DNA of 64,000 nt from Pavona decussata (GCA_977016875.1 CDRNST010000020.1:5270001-5334000), one strand, 5' to 3'; shown: positions 50,061 through 63,675, numbered from the stretch's first letter. Numbers and translations: made by a program. The notes: a model not told the origin generated them from the letters alone.

Positions 50061-50639
50061 TACCCCATGGCGTATCAAGAAACTTTGTTAACCCTTAGCA
50101 AACACAATAAAGGAGACAATTGTTTATGAGAGAAGAATAAACTTTAATACATGAATGAATATACAGTAGCATGCAGCGAAAAAGAAATAAAAACCTTGCA
50201 AAATATCTATAGAAAAACTTTGAAATTTTTTTATATAATAACAATAAATAGGAAAATTTGTATACAAAATTTGAAAACTTTAAAAGCACGAAAAGGAAAT
50301 ATTAAAAACGATACAAGATACGTACTAATTTTAAATGAAAAAATAATATTTATTTAATTTATGGGTATAAGTAACACAACGGTAGCAAGTATAATTATTG
50401 CAGGAACAGTCCACTGAACTTTAAAACAAACTAAAAAATTTCTTCTTTTTGAAAGACACTCTGTGCCTTATAAAAATACGCACAAATTACGCACGTGTCG
50501 ACGATTTCATCACCTGGGTGGGTGACAGTACAAACCTAAAAGGAAAAAAAATTACTCAGGTTTAATTTACGTGTCGAAAGTAGAACCTGCATGTGCAAAG
50601 AACAATCATTACTTATACGCACACAGCTATAGGTTCGGG

Positions 50640-51075
50640 TTAATTCATTGGATTGCTTAAGTACTTAAGATTCGCTTTAACTACACTTAGTTTCAGTTTT
50701 CACTTTCACTCTATAAGTACAATACTTACAAGTCCTTTACATTCCTGCATATATGTTGTCATTTCCCTTTCGTACGACGCACTGCAAGGTGCTGCAAATT
50801 TCTGCAGGCAATGTGGACATCTGTTGCAGCTCCTAATGAGTGTTCTCATCCACCTTTTCATGCATTTCTTATGGTAATGCTGTCCGCAGCAATCTGTCTT
50901 GGGTAAATTCCAGCTCTCCTCCAAGCAAATGAAGCAAGTGCACAAAATCTGAAAAATATTTCGGAAAGAAGTATTGCTACCTTGAACATCAAAGGACCAC
51001 CTTTAAGAGCCGTCCATGCTCTCTTGAAACAGCGCTATCTTTTCTGTGCGCGCTCTTTGAAACCGCACAATCATA
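50640..51075 (-). pseudogene. Small intronless RING-finger protein remnant
   Basis: CFICLEE..CCGQHYHKKC..W..CPHC RING pattern; upstream in-frame stop. Confidence 0.55.
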
Positions 51076-51387
51076 GAAACAACAAAAAGTTTTATGCACT
51101 TGGAAAAATATGATTTAAACACAAACACTTTCAAACTAGCACAGGTAGAACTCAACGGTGAATGTAAACGAAGAGTAAGCACATGGACTTTAATTACGAG
51201 TCTGTAACTGCAGGCTAGCTTGTAGCTGTCCAGACTGTTGCAAAATTATCGCATCAGTACGTGGTTGTGCACTTGCAACTGCAATATGCCAGTGAAATTC
51301 CCTGTGACACTACTCCTTTAATAGCCAGGGCATATTAAGTAAATTAATATTAAATAAATATAAGTAAATACCTCGATATGTTTCAAT

Positions 51388-51800
51388 TCAGTCAGCTCTA
51401 GAGATATTCAATGTAATTCTTTGGTTCTCTTCATTGATGTTGACTCGAGACCGCAGTACATCTGTGTAGTACGGATGTGGCATTCTGTCACTTTCCTTAA
51501 GAAGTAGAAGGAGATCTTTAGTCAGTGCAGACTTGGTTGCCCTGGTGGTGACCTTCATGCCATAAGCCCTGCACAGAGACTGCAACTGATTCTTTGTGAA
51601 AACTTTGGTAAATGCCTTTTCACCAAATTTCTCTGCATACTGTTGTAGCTTCACATGGCTGGTGACTTTGCCAGGAGATCTGTCGCTTGCAATCTCAGGA
51701 AAAGGTACAGACGCCTTTCTTTTTTCCATTACTTGCTTCCTCTGAAGTACAATTTTCCTATGCTCTGCTGTCTTCTTCAATCTGTATAGTGTACGTCATG
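51388..51800 (-). pseudogene. C-terminal fragment of an unidentified, probably TE-derived protein
   Basis: Open ~130-aa basic frame (..FTKNQLQSLCRAYGMKV..) with no true start; abuts a LINE tail. Confidence 0.3.
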
Positions 51801-52289
51801 TATTTAACAATTATTTCTCGGCTTGAATCTGTGTGTTTCTTGCAGGGATTAGTTTACAAAAATAACATTTTCAGCTCCCAGCCCACATTTTCAGTACCGC
51901 ATCCAATCAGAATGGAGCAGTCAAAGTTTCTGTTTCTGCAACTAAGCATTGTCCTTGACTTGTTTTGTCGATTCTTTGTCCTTACATGTCTTATGTAATG
52001 ACCTTGTGATCCGCTTTTAGTTTTAATATTTTTTAACTGCACATACAATTTTAAGCCATTCTCTCTTTTTATTATCATTGTTAGTTTTATGTATTTTCGT
52101 GGTATGTCTGTAAAGTAGCTGATTAGCTAAGAACATTTACCTTGTAAAATAAAGGTATTGTTGTTATTGTACTCCTTTGCTTAGGTTTGAAGAAATTTAT
52201 TTCCATGACGTGGTTGTTGTAGGCATGAACAGCCAAATGTCTGCTGCCAATTTCTGCTTTGCACGATGTCCTCCATTAGTTTCATTAAA

Positions 52290-52607
52290 GCTGGTTCCTC
52301 AGGAAGATGAAGTAAATATTCACTTCGACAGAGTTCATAGGCTATCATTGCGTCAAGCGTCTTCTAACTCCCCGAATGTCAAACCACGTCCTATCATTGT
52401 CAAACTCTCCGACTTTCACAACAAACAGTTTATCAAGTCCTTCATCAAAAATCTTACCAAAGGCTGCAACTTTGGAATTTCTGATGACTTTCCTAGAGAG
52501 GTGCAAGAAATCCGGAAAAAGTTATATCCTGTGCTGAAAGCCGCCAAATGAGAGAAGCAAATTGCGTATTTTAAAGTAGAAAAACTCATTATTGATAGAT
52601 CGGTTTA
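52290..52607 (+). mobile_element. LINE ORF1 C-terminal fragment (L1-type RNA-binding domain)
   Basis: IHFDRVHRL..KPRPIIVKL..GISDDFPREVQEIRKKLYP..AYFKVEKLII. Confidence 0.75.
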
Positions 52608-52649
52608 ATCCCTGAAAAAGATGGGAAATATCAAGACAAGCAATAAGAC

Positions 52650-53576
52650 TTTTTTTTTCAATATTTATTTAAAGTAACACATCTTTAACAAATTACACGT
52701 ATAACAAATTACACACTGCAACGACAAAGTACTCTACTATGGCCTCCGATATTACAATAAACATTGCTTATTTACACCAGGTGTTACATACATTAGGAAA
52801 ATGAATATAATAAAATAATAAATTAATTCTGAATATAACGAAACAAAAACAAAACAAAACACACAAAAAAACGAAAAAAGGTTAATAGCATGAGGATGGG
52901 GGAGAAGGAACGATTTCTGATCTTAATTTAATACAGTAGTCTGTAAAGTTTATGAGGAGCATAATCACGTTGCTAGTTTTTCTTAGGTGTTAAATTACAA
53001 ATTTTCAACTTTGTATTTATAATTGATTCTAGTAATAAATTCGTTTAGTACAAGTGAATTGTTCTTTAGTTTACTTTCATACACATAGAATTTCATGAAG
53101 AGGAGGGTGTAGTTGAATTTTCTCACTAGCTTCTTGTATGTTGGGTGCTTAAAGGTGGCAAAAAGCATTTCCTTTGTATCTGGTTGAAAGTTAGAAACAT
53201 TCTGATTATTAAACCAATAAATGACTTTGTTTGTAAAGGTTTTTGTAAATTCGCAGTCTACAATAGTGTGATTTATGGAATCTGGCTCACCGCAGTAAAT
53301 GCAGTCACTGTTTGTATTTATCCCATATCTAAAGAGTTCTTTCTTTGTGATGACAATCCTATGAATAAATTTGAATTGAAATTCTCTCAACTTATTTTCT
53401 TTGCATATTTTTGAAGCCATTTTAAAAACATCTGTCCAATTCTCTGTGTGTATTGAAATATCTCTTTTCCATCTTTCTGGGCCAGTGTGAGGCGATTGGT
53501 GTTTCTTAACGAGAAGTAGGCGATAATAGTCTCTTGCCCTATACGTTTCAAAATTGATTTGACTAGTTTCGCTCAG
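52650..53576 (-). mobile_element. L1/Tx1-clade LINE 3' end (continues at 61049-61407 across the BEL insertion)
   Basis: KLREFQFKFIHRI..CIYCGEPDSINHTIVDC zf-RVT; T-run at 52650 is the poly-A tail. Confidence 0.88.
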
Positions 53577-53970
53577 TGTAACGGCCTCTCAACCGTTTAG
53601 GCATTGCGTTACGCAACGAGACACATCATGTGTCATGACATCTTTTCATACGGGACTGTTAAAGCTCCAAGTGGAGCTGAGACGTCGCTAAACGTCTTGA
53701 CTAGGTTTTAGCTTCGCTCGAAGCGACAGTAATTTCTCACGCAACCCGTGCAGATTAGTAGCCTTACAGTCTTTGACGGTCTTGTATGCGGTTCAACAGT
53801 AGGACTACCTCAAGCTGTATGTATGTTTGTTGATTTTCTGCCTTTCGGTGATCGCCTGATCTCAGTTAGTGACTTAAAATAAACAGAGCCGATACGGATT
53901 ATGTTAGACTTTTGGCCTTTGTAATCGTCATTTCCGCGCGCCCTTCTTAGAAAGAAAAGCGGTCGCCACA
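53577..53970 (+). repeat. 5' LTR (394 bp)
   Basis: tgtaacgg...ggtcgccaca; by-eye alignment to the 3' LTR gives ~12 substitutions and 1 indel. Confidence 0.97.
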
Positions 53971-54005
53971 GTCAAAGACTGGAAATTCCTCACGGATAAA
54001 AAAAC

Positions 54006-57000
54006 ATGGATTCACAAAAACATTACCAAGATCAACAAAGTGACCCTGGAATTGGACTAACACCAGATGAATTCCTCATCAAACCAAGCAACCTTAGAGA
54101 CATGCCAAATACAACATGGAAAGAAAATGTCGCCTTAACAGGAACAGAGGTTAGTGATGTGCCCTTTATTTCGTTGGAAGATGCGTCGCCGCGTCCAAAA
54201 ATAATTGAAATTTCGTCGAGTAAAATTACTGACATTACGGGAAAAAACACTAGGTCCAGGACTCTCACGGCTAAAGGCCGGGAGTATCAAAGTGGCTTGA
54301 AGAAAACCGCCGCGTTATCCAAAGATCACGAATTACACGCAAGACTGAGTAGCTTCGAAGAATTAGTACACTCTGGTCAAGACACAAGTAAAATTAAAAC
54401 TGAAATCACCGTTGTTACAAAGGAAGTAAATGATGCATTACGATTATTTGACGAGTGGATAGAGCTTTCAGATGACCCAACTGAAATTCAGCGTGCTACC
54501 GAAAAGCAAGCCTATTTGCTGGATACATGGAAGTCCATTCGTGCTACAGCTGTAAATGAAATTAAGAGGGTTCGAGAGGACAATGACTCTGTTTTCTCTC
54601 AAAAATCTCGTCACTCGCGAAAGTCAAGTCTATCAAGCGGAAGTTCACACAGGGACACACTGATAAACGTAAGAGCTAAAAGAGTGGCCTTGGAAGAGAA
54701 ACTGAAGTTTTCAACAGTCATCGCAGAGCAAGAGAAAAGGTTAGGGCAGCTAAAAATTCAAAAGAAACTTGGAGAAGTCTGAGCGCAAGAGGCCATGTAC
54801 CAGAAAACTGTGGAAGAAGAGGACAAAGCAGACGATTTTCAATCTCCCTTGCTGCCAACCAAACAGTACGATCCTATACCCGCCTTCCTGAGGGACAATA
54901 ATGAAGGGCTTACGTTAACACCAGAAGTTGTTCCTTCAGTACCGCGGAATTTTCAAGCATTTCCAACTGCAAGTGCCTCACCAATGTTTACGTCTCCCAC
55001 CAGTAACACAGTTTATTCTAGTACACACACTAGATTCAGCCTTGGAACACAGGTCCCCCTAACTCAGAACACAACGTCCTCTTCATGCAAAACGGTCTAT
55101 ACCAGTACAAACACGAGAGCTAGCTTTGGATCTAATGTCCCAACAACCTTTGCCACACCCCACACGGACAGACCAGGTCTCACCTCTTCAAGAGGCTTTT
55201 GTGGAAATCCACCAGTTTTTATTCCATCACCCGATCCAGTTCAAACCCTTCCACCACAAGATTACCTGCTAGATTTCAGTGACACTTTAACCAGATTGAC
55301 ACAGCTACAACGGCTACCGCAGGCTAAACCGGATGTGTTTAAGGGAGATGAGCAAGACCAAACAAAGTTCTTCCTGTGGGAGAACGCGTTCGACAGCTTA
55401 ATCAATTCAATACCTATCACAGCCCAGCAGAAACTGCACTTATTATACCAATATCTGGATGGTAAAGCCAAAAGGGTTATCGAACAACTGCAGTACCTTG
55501 TTCAAGACCCAGACAGCGCATACAAGCAAGCACGTACAATTCTCAAGGAACGGTTTGGTCATCCTGCGATTATTAGTACCAGTTTTGAGAAAAGATTGGC
55601 GAACTGGCCAAAGATTCCTCCATATGACGCTGCTGCTTTAGAGGAATTTAGTGACTTTCTGTACCAAGTTCAGATAGCAAGTCAGCACATGAGCGGCCTA
55701 GGAGTTCTCAATAACCCGTCACAGATCCAAAGCCTCGTTGAAAAACTTCCTGCTTGGTTCAAGAACAAGTGGTCAGACAAGGTGCTAAAGCTTCAGAAAA
55801 GCCATGGCAAAGATGCTTTCCCCTCCTTTAAAGACTTTGTGCTGGAAGTACGTTATCATGCTGAACGGACAAACATTCCTCAGATCACTCTCACTTCAGG
55901 AGCGAGCAGCTCAACACAGTCAGACCGCTCTAAGAACTCCAACCGTACACCTGGTAAACGATCTGCAGGCAGTGCTTTAACCAGCACCGTGGCACAGAAC
56001 TTGATAGTGAAGTAACCTCTCCAGTCGAGTTAAACCAAACATCGAATGTTTTTGCAACTCAGAAACCAGACCCTAGCACCCCTGCGGAACTTAACACTTA
56101 TTGCTTCTATCACAAGATGAAATCTCATGCTATGAATGACTGTGAACAGTTTCAGAAACTGAGCTATGGGGAGCGCAAAGATTTCTTGTTGAAAAACAGG
56201 ATCTGCCTAAAATGTGTCAGCTCTAACGAACATGTCTCGAAGGACTGCAAAAGAGACAAGTTAGAATGTAAGATTTGCAAGCAGATGCACGCTACTATAC
56301 TGCATGACCCGACCAGACAAAAGAAAAAGGACACCAGTCAAACTAACTCCGCCTGTTCTCAAGTTTGCGGGCAAGGACGGCCAGCACGATCCTGTGCTCG
56401 AATAGTCCTGATCGAAGTCTTCCACCAAGACAATCCCTCGGCAAAGGTACCCACCTATGCAGTGCTGGACGATCAGTCAACAGATGTCTTTATCACTGAA
56501 CCCCTTCTCGAGAAGCTTAAGGTCGAAGGCCAAGAAGTGAACCTTGAAATCAATACGATCACAGGCTTGAACAGTGTCCGCACCAAGAAAGTCAATGGTC
56601 TAGAATCCAAGACACCGAAAATCGTCACAAGTCCATCAAGATTCCTTTTGCTTATTCACAATAGAATATTCCAGCTAGTCAAAGAGACATTGCGACACCA
56701 GAAATAGCCAGATCTTGGAAGCATTTGGAAGAAATCGCCTGTCACATTCATTACCATCCCAATGTGGAGATAGGCTTATTAATTGGCGGTAACATTCCTT
56801 CAGCATTCCAGCCACTGCGCATTATTTATGGCAGCGATAATGAACCTTGGGCTGAAGAATACAAGTTCGGCTGGACGATCATTGGTCCAGTGTGCGTCGA
56901 CAAAGAAGAAGAAACATTGAACTGTACCTCAGTAAACTGCATCACAGTACAAAGTGAATGCCCTCAGAATGTTTTCACTGTGCCAACAAGCAACCGTTTC

Positions 57001-60000
57001 AAAGAAGAGTCCATAGTGTCCTTCGCCACAAGACAGCACCTTAAAGACGTTACCTCGCCTCAGCAAATAAGAGAGATGATGCAGTTGGATTATAGTGAAC
57101 TCTATCATGCCCGAAACATCCCAGGCACTGAGAAAGGTGAAAGCGTAGAAGACAAGCGCTTCAGTGAAATCCTTACCACTGGCATACACAAAAATGATTT
57201 GGGAAACTGGGAGATGCCGTTGCCTTTTAAAACAGATACTGTTTCTCTGCCAAATAATTGTGAACAATGTTTGAAGAGATTACTAGGCATCAAGAGAAAG
57301 TTCCTAAGAAATGGAGAACTATGGAACCACTACACCGAATTTATGCAAAACCTCTTCGACAGAAATCACGCCAGTGCCGTCCCATCAGAGGAACTTAAGA
57401 CCGAAGCAGGCAAAGTCTGGTTTCTTCCGCATTTTGATATCTACCATCCGAAGAAACCTGACTAAATTCGGATAGTCTTCGATTGCAGTGCTGTCTTCGA
57501 CAATCAGTCTCTCAAACTCCTCCTGCAAGGACCTGACATGATGAATACTCTCATTGGTGTACTGTCACGATTTCGGAAAGAAGAAATAGCAGTGACATGC
57601 GACATAGAAAAGATGTTCCATAGTTTCTACGTAAACCCTGAACACAGAGACTACCTGAGATTCCTGTGGTTCAACGATAACAACCTGGACGGCCAAATCA
57701 TTGAGTATCGCATGAATGTCCATCTATTTGGGGCCGTCTCTTCGCCGGGCGTTGCCAACTTTCGTCTTAGAATGACAGCTGAAGCTGGGTGACAAGAGTT
57801 TGGTCCGGAAGCAGCGAATTTCCTACGAGATGATTTCTATGTGGACGATGGACTAAAGTCTTTTGACACGCCTGAAGGTCAAGGTGCCATCAAGGTTATC
57901 AAGAAAACTCAAGCCATGTGTGCAACCGTCAATGTGCGCTTACACAAGTTTGCAAGTAATAGTAAGACAGTGTTGGAAGCTCTACCTGTTGAAGATCGCT
58001 CAAAAGACCTAAAGGATCTGGATCTCCGGCATGATATTCTGCCTGTCCTACGCTCACTGGGTACCTACTCGTCCATAGAGTTTGACACGATTGGATGCTG
58101 TATTCAGCTTAAAGACAAACCTCTCACTCGCCGAGGGATTCTATCATCCGTAAGCTCAGTATACGATCCATTAGGCATTGTGGCGCCAGTGATTTTAGTG
58201 GGGAAACAGTTACTCCAGGAACTGTGCCGTGATGGCATCGATTGGGATGATCCTGTACCAGACCACATTCATTCATGATGGGAAAAGTGGAGATCAGAGT
58301 TACCCCTTCTAGAGAATATCAAGATCCCAAGATGTGTCAAACCCAGCAATTTTGGTGAACCAGTCACCACAGAACTGCATAGCTTCTCCGACGCCAGTTT
58401 CGTAGGCCTGGGTCAAGTAACCTATTTGCGCCTTGTAAACAATGCGAATCAAGTACATGTCAGCCTCCTTATGGGTAAAGCCAGAGTAGCACCACTAAAG
58501 TCTATTTCAATTCCACGTCGTGAACTCACTGCAGCCGTGATTTCAGTCAATGTGGCGTCAATGCTTAAACTACTTCGATCTAGTGAAGGTGTTTTATACT
58601 GACTCCTCCGTCGTTCTGGGTTATATACGCAACGAAGCAAGACGCTACCATACGTATGTCTCAAACCGCATGCAGCAAATCCGTGACAGCTCAGATCCGA
58701 CACAATGGCTTTACGTCTCCAGCTCTGACAACCCCGCTGATATTGCGTCAAGAGGCATAACTGCCAAACAACTCTCGGAAAATGAAGTGTGGTTCAAAGG
58801 TCCCGACTTCCTCTGGAAGAATCATTTGTCGGTGGTGAACCATGACCCTGCTCCTGATTTGAATCCTGAAGACCCAGAGGTAAAGAAATGCAAAGCAACG
58901 GCTCTCATTGCGAACCACGAAGTTACCAAGTGGAAAGAAGAGAAACTCTTCCCCAAAGTTCTAGAACTAGAATGCTTCAACCATTCTTCAGCGCTCGACC
59001 GCCTGAAAAGAAGCATCAGCTTTATCCAGAGAATGATTGAAAAGATTCGACCTAACAAGCAGTACAATAAACGACCAGTAGCTGGCCCGCCAACGGTGGA
59101 AGAAATGCACTTAGCAGAAGAAGTTATTCTCAAGTCAGTGCAGTTACGTTACTTCGAGAAAGAGATCCTGGTTCTCCAAAAGCTAAATGAGGGTGACCAC
59201 ATGTTCCAGAACCGCAACAGCGCCCGCGTCAGAAGCGAAAAGTTGAAACAGACAAGCACACTGTTCAGACTGGATCCCTTTCTTGACCAAAAAGGGTTAC
59301 TCAGAGTGGGGGGTCGACTCAAGAAAGCTGCCTTAGCCTTTGAAGTGAAACATAGTAGAGACCAGCACCACCAGGGCCGTGGAATGACCCACAATGCACT
59401 TCGCCAAGCCGGTTACTGGATAATCAATGGTTGTTCTTCTATCTCCTATCTGCCTCAGAGATGTGTTACTTGCCGCAAGTTATGCGGATCTGCTCAAGTC
59501 CAAAAGATGGCTAACCTTCCTGAAGAACGGCTTACTCCTGCCCCGTTTTTCACGTATACAGGCATGGATGTTTTCGGCCCTTGGTACATCAAAGAGGGTC
59601 GAAAAGAACTAAAGCGTTGGGGTATAATCTTTACATGCCTATCATCTCGAGCCATTCATTTGGAAACGTTAAACACAATGGAAACAGATTCATTTATCAA
59701 TGCTCTCAGACGCTTCGTCAATCGAAGAGGCAAAGTTAGGGAACTGAGATGCGACAGAGGAACAAACTTTGTGGGAGGCAAAAACGAGCTCAGTGCTGCT
59801 TTGAAAGAAGTCAATACTGATGCAATTAAGAACTTTCTCCTGACACAAGATTGCGATCTGATCGAGTTCAGAATGAACGTGCCAACTGCATCCCATATGG
59901 GCGGCATATGGGAGCGACTTATTCGCACCGTACGTGCAGTTCTCTCAAGCCTTTTGCAAGACCATGCCCAGCAATTAGATGATGAAGCTCTACGAACTCT

Positions 60001-60493
60001 GTTCACAGAAGCAGAAAACATCGTAAATAGTCGCCCACTTACGATCGACAATTTGTCAGATCCAGATGCGCCTGAACCAATCACACCGAACCACCTGCTC
60101 ACCTTTAAAGCTAAAGTGGTGTTACCACCTCCAGGAAACTTCTCGCGGCCAGATCTTTACACGAAGAAATGGTGGCGCAGAGTGCAGTACCTGACGGAAC
60201 AGTTTTGGGGTCGCTGGCAACGAGAATATTGCATGCTGCAGCAAAAACGCCAGAAATGGAACGAAACCAGCCCTAACAGTGAAGTTCGTGATGTCATCTT
60301 GATCCGTGACGAAACATGCCCCAGAAACCAGTGGCCACTTGCGAAAGTTACCAAAGTTTTGCCCAGCGATGATGGCCTGGTTCGTAAAGTCCGTCTGCTT
60401 GTCACTCGATCCGGTACCAGAAAGGTGTTTGACAGACCTATCCACAAGTTGATCCTGATTTACCGACAAGATGAAGATAGAAGTAACGGTTGA
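54006..60493 (+). pseudogene. BEL/Pao gag-pol polyprotein broken by stops and frameshifts
   Basis: ORF series 54006-54782, 54795-56015, 56117-56707, 56725-57465, 57538-57792, 57841-58278, 58550-60493. Confidence 0.95.
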
Positions 60494-60650
60494 TTTGGAG
60501 TAGACCTTAATGACCAGAGTACGACCCCGTCGGTGAGCCAGAACAATTCTCAGGAAGAGAGACATTTATTTAGTGAACTCTGAGAACATTTAGTTTTATT
60601 CATATTTGTTTACTGTAATTTCATACATTTTACCATGTCTGGGGGAGCCA

Positions 60651-61043
60651 TGTAACGGGCTCTCAACCGTTTAGGCATTGCGTTACGCAACGAGACACAT
60701 CACGTGTCATGACGTCTTTTCATACGGGACTGTTAAAGCTCCACGTGGAGCTGAGACGTCGCTGAACGTCTTGACTAGGTTTAAGCTTCGCTCGAAGCGA
60801 CAGTTATTTCTCACGCAACCCGTGCAGATTAGTAGCCTTACAGTCTTTGACGATCTTGTTTGCGGTTCAACAGTAGGACTACCTCAAGCTGTATGTATGT
60901 TTGTTGATTTTCTGCCTTTCGGTGATCGCCTGATCTCAGTTAGTGACTTAAATAAACAGAGCCGATACGGATTATGTTAGACTTTTGGCCTTTGTAATCG
61001 TCGTTTCCGCACGCCCTTCTTCGAAAGAAAAGCGGTCGCCACA
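60651..61043 (+). repeat. 3' LTR (393 bp)
   Basis: Direct copy of 53577-53970. Confidence 0.97.
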
Positions 61044-61048
61044 CTCAG

Positions 61049-61407
61049 TAAGAAAGATTCCCAGTTTTCTCTGTAATTGAAGATCACGTTTTACCCTAGG
61101 ACTTGCGCTGTGTTCTTCAAACGCACAGGAATTGCACTCAAGATTTGATAGAACTGGAGAAAGTTTGTGTTGCAATGATATTTAGCTTGAAATTCTGGAA
61201 AAGTTAGATATTGACCGTTTTCATTAAAAAGTTGTTGGATTGTATGGATACCCTTGGTAAACCATTCCTTTATAAATAGCGGTTTCCCATCAACTAAGAT
61301 GTCTTTGTTATTGAAGAGAATGGTGTCAGTTCCTTGATCATAATTGTACAGAGTCTTCATTTCATCAAATGCAATAAGTATGTCTCTATAAAGTGTCGGA
61401 ATGTGCC
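61049..61407 (-). mobile_element. L1/Tx1 ORF2 segment upstream of the BEL insertion
   Basis: ILFNNKDILVDGKPLFIKEWFTKGI..FLQFYQILSAIP. The frame NYRENWESFLLS|ETSQINFETY joins across the TSD. Confidence 0.85.
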
Positions 61408-62851
61408 TTAAGAGCCAATGTCGGAAAATATCGAGAATCTCAAATCAGTTCTAAAAATTCGAATTTTTGCTGATACCACCCAAACATCCCTGTGGGTGAA
61501 CTATTTCAAGAAATGATATTAAGAAATCCCCAAGCGCTTTACATTTTGAGAATTTTAGAAAAGTTCGAAAATTCGCTAAAAATACATTTTTTTATTCGGG
61601 AAATGGGTGCAAATTTTAACAATTTTCATCGAAACAGTACAAGCGCGCAAAAGCTCCTATTGACTTGATATTACTCATGTGTTTAGCAGACATCCAAAGC
61701 TTTAAGACCTCATAAAAAGGTTTGGCAAAATAACTATTGTAATATAGTTTCTGTCTTTTATTGTGTGCACCCTGATTGTGTGTTGTTTTGGCAAACAAAA
61801 TAACGCCCAACTTCAATCGCCAAAAGTCGATCCTGGTATGTCATAGATTGAAAAAAATACTATACTAAACAAAAGAACTGTTATTTTATTAATTATACCT
61901 GAAGTTTCAGCTCTGCAAGTTAAAATGCTTGCGAGTAATAAAATTTTAACTTGAGCCCCCCAAGTCGCCGTGCGCGACAAGAACGTGGAATGTAAACAAA
62001 GGAAAACATATGCAAATCGAGGAGGAAATTACGCGGAAGTTATCACTTGCCCGTCAAAGCGCAAAGAATTGATGGAAATTCTGTTATATAAACAAGTATT
62101 GCTATCTGAGAGACTAATAAAGCGAAATTATCCGTCCAATAATAATAAAAAAGCTATTCTGGGGCGGGAGGGCTAAGGGTCATGAAATCGGGTCGGATGA
62201 ACTAGCGCGGATGGTTCCGAGGTAAAAAAAAAATCAATCATTTTAATTCCAAACGCTTCTAAAGAAGCTTTCAAAATGCACCATGGAGCAAACAAACAAT
62301 GTCAGTAAAAGTAGATATTTTGAGGCATGATAGAAATTAACCATAAAATGTATAAAGTTTATTTTTAGAATATAAAGAAATGACAGAGGCTATTACGGGC
62401 CATCGACTATTCCATTTTAAATGGTCCGTCCCTTGGCTATGCTACGCGATATTAATTCCAAAACGTAACAAGATACAACAAAATAAATCAGAGTTTAAAA
62501 TAATCTTAGAAAAGTATAGTACTCACTTGGGAATTAGATTTCCCGCATCGCAAATTTCTAATTATATACATTTTAGAATTGTTTACTCACTGACCAGTAT
62601 GTCGTGTTCCGTGTTCCAAGTTTGCGCAGTTCTCACTAGAGTAAAACCCTCCGTCTTGTTTAAACATGTCATAAAAAAGACTAACTTATTTGTTCATTAG
62701 AGCTATTTGTAGATAGGGAGTAAATAATCCTCACATAAACACAGAAAACGAAGAAGCCACTTCATCTTGTTTATTTTGGTGTTGTGTTACCTGTCACATT
62801 TTTCAAGTCACGTGTTGCTGTACACGGTATTGTAAAAATGAATTATAACAT

Positions 62852-63236
62852 GTTCTTTAGTTATTTCCTTTAGGGTAGTCGCCAGCAAAACATCGCAAAA
62901 TCGTCACTAAATAAAGGAGGACTGTGCAATCAGAACTAAAAGAATCTCCTAGTGCACCTTCGCCATCTCCGTTTATATCTAAATAAGCAAAATATTACTT
63001 CTCTCCAGAAATGAATAGGGATGCCAATCGCGCCCATGTCGGAGTTCTTTAGTTATTTCCTTTAGGGTAGTCGCCAGCAAAACATCGCAAAATCGTCACT
63101 AAATAAAGGAGGACTGTGCAATCAGAACTAAAAGAATCTCCTAGTGCACCTTCGCCATCTCCGTTTATATCTAAATAAGCAAAATATCACTTCTCTCCAG
63201 AAATGAATATGGATGCCAATCACACCTGTGTCGGAG
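62852..63236. repeat. Near-perfect tandem duplication, 192-bp period
   Basis: gttctttagttatttcctttagggtagtcgcc.. at 62852 and 63044. Confidence 0.9.
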
Positions 63237-63468
63237 CCCTCAAGCCCCTTTCCAGGGTTATTCTTCTTCTCATCCCTGGAGTTAAAGAGACAGAAAGGGA
63301 AGTAAGAGGAAGAGACTCCAAGAGTCATGAGAGCTTTGGCGGTACTTTTCAATGACTTTAAGACCATTGATCCGAAAACAAATGAGAAATGCTTGTACCT
63401 CTTCCAGTGTTTTGTAAATTTCTGCCACGCGCTGCGCAATTTTTATAGGGAAATATCCCCCGGCTCTA

Positions 63469-63675
63469 GGGACAGACCATTAGAAAGGTTCTGGGGTGGG
63501 GACGAAGTACAAAAAAATAAATATTTTTGTGCAAGGGAAAATCTTATGAAAAAAACTCATGCACGCCGAGTAGCCTTAAAAATACTCTCGCATTGGCCTA
63601 AAGGGAAATGTTAACGAAAAAATTCATGCCGCTCTAAAATTCCCCACCCCCATAACTTTCGTAATGGTCCGTCCC
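63469..63675. mobile_element. PIF/Harbinger-type MITE
   Basis: TIR gggacagaccatta / taatggtccgtccc followed by tta. Confidence 0.6.

Larger units (their letters stand above)
53577..61043 (+). mobile_element. Full-length BEL/Pao LTR retrotransposon, inactivated
   Basis: TG...CA LTRs, 5-bp TSD ctcag (53572-53576, 61044-61048), PPT gggggagcca before the 3' LTR. Gag with Cys motifs, protease (VLDDQS), RT (FYVDD), RNase H (FSDAS, NPAD) and integrase (GMDVFGP, CDRGTNF, GGIWERLI). Confidence 0.97.
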
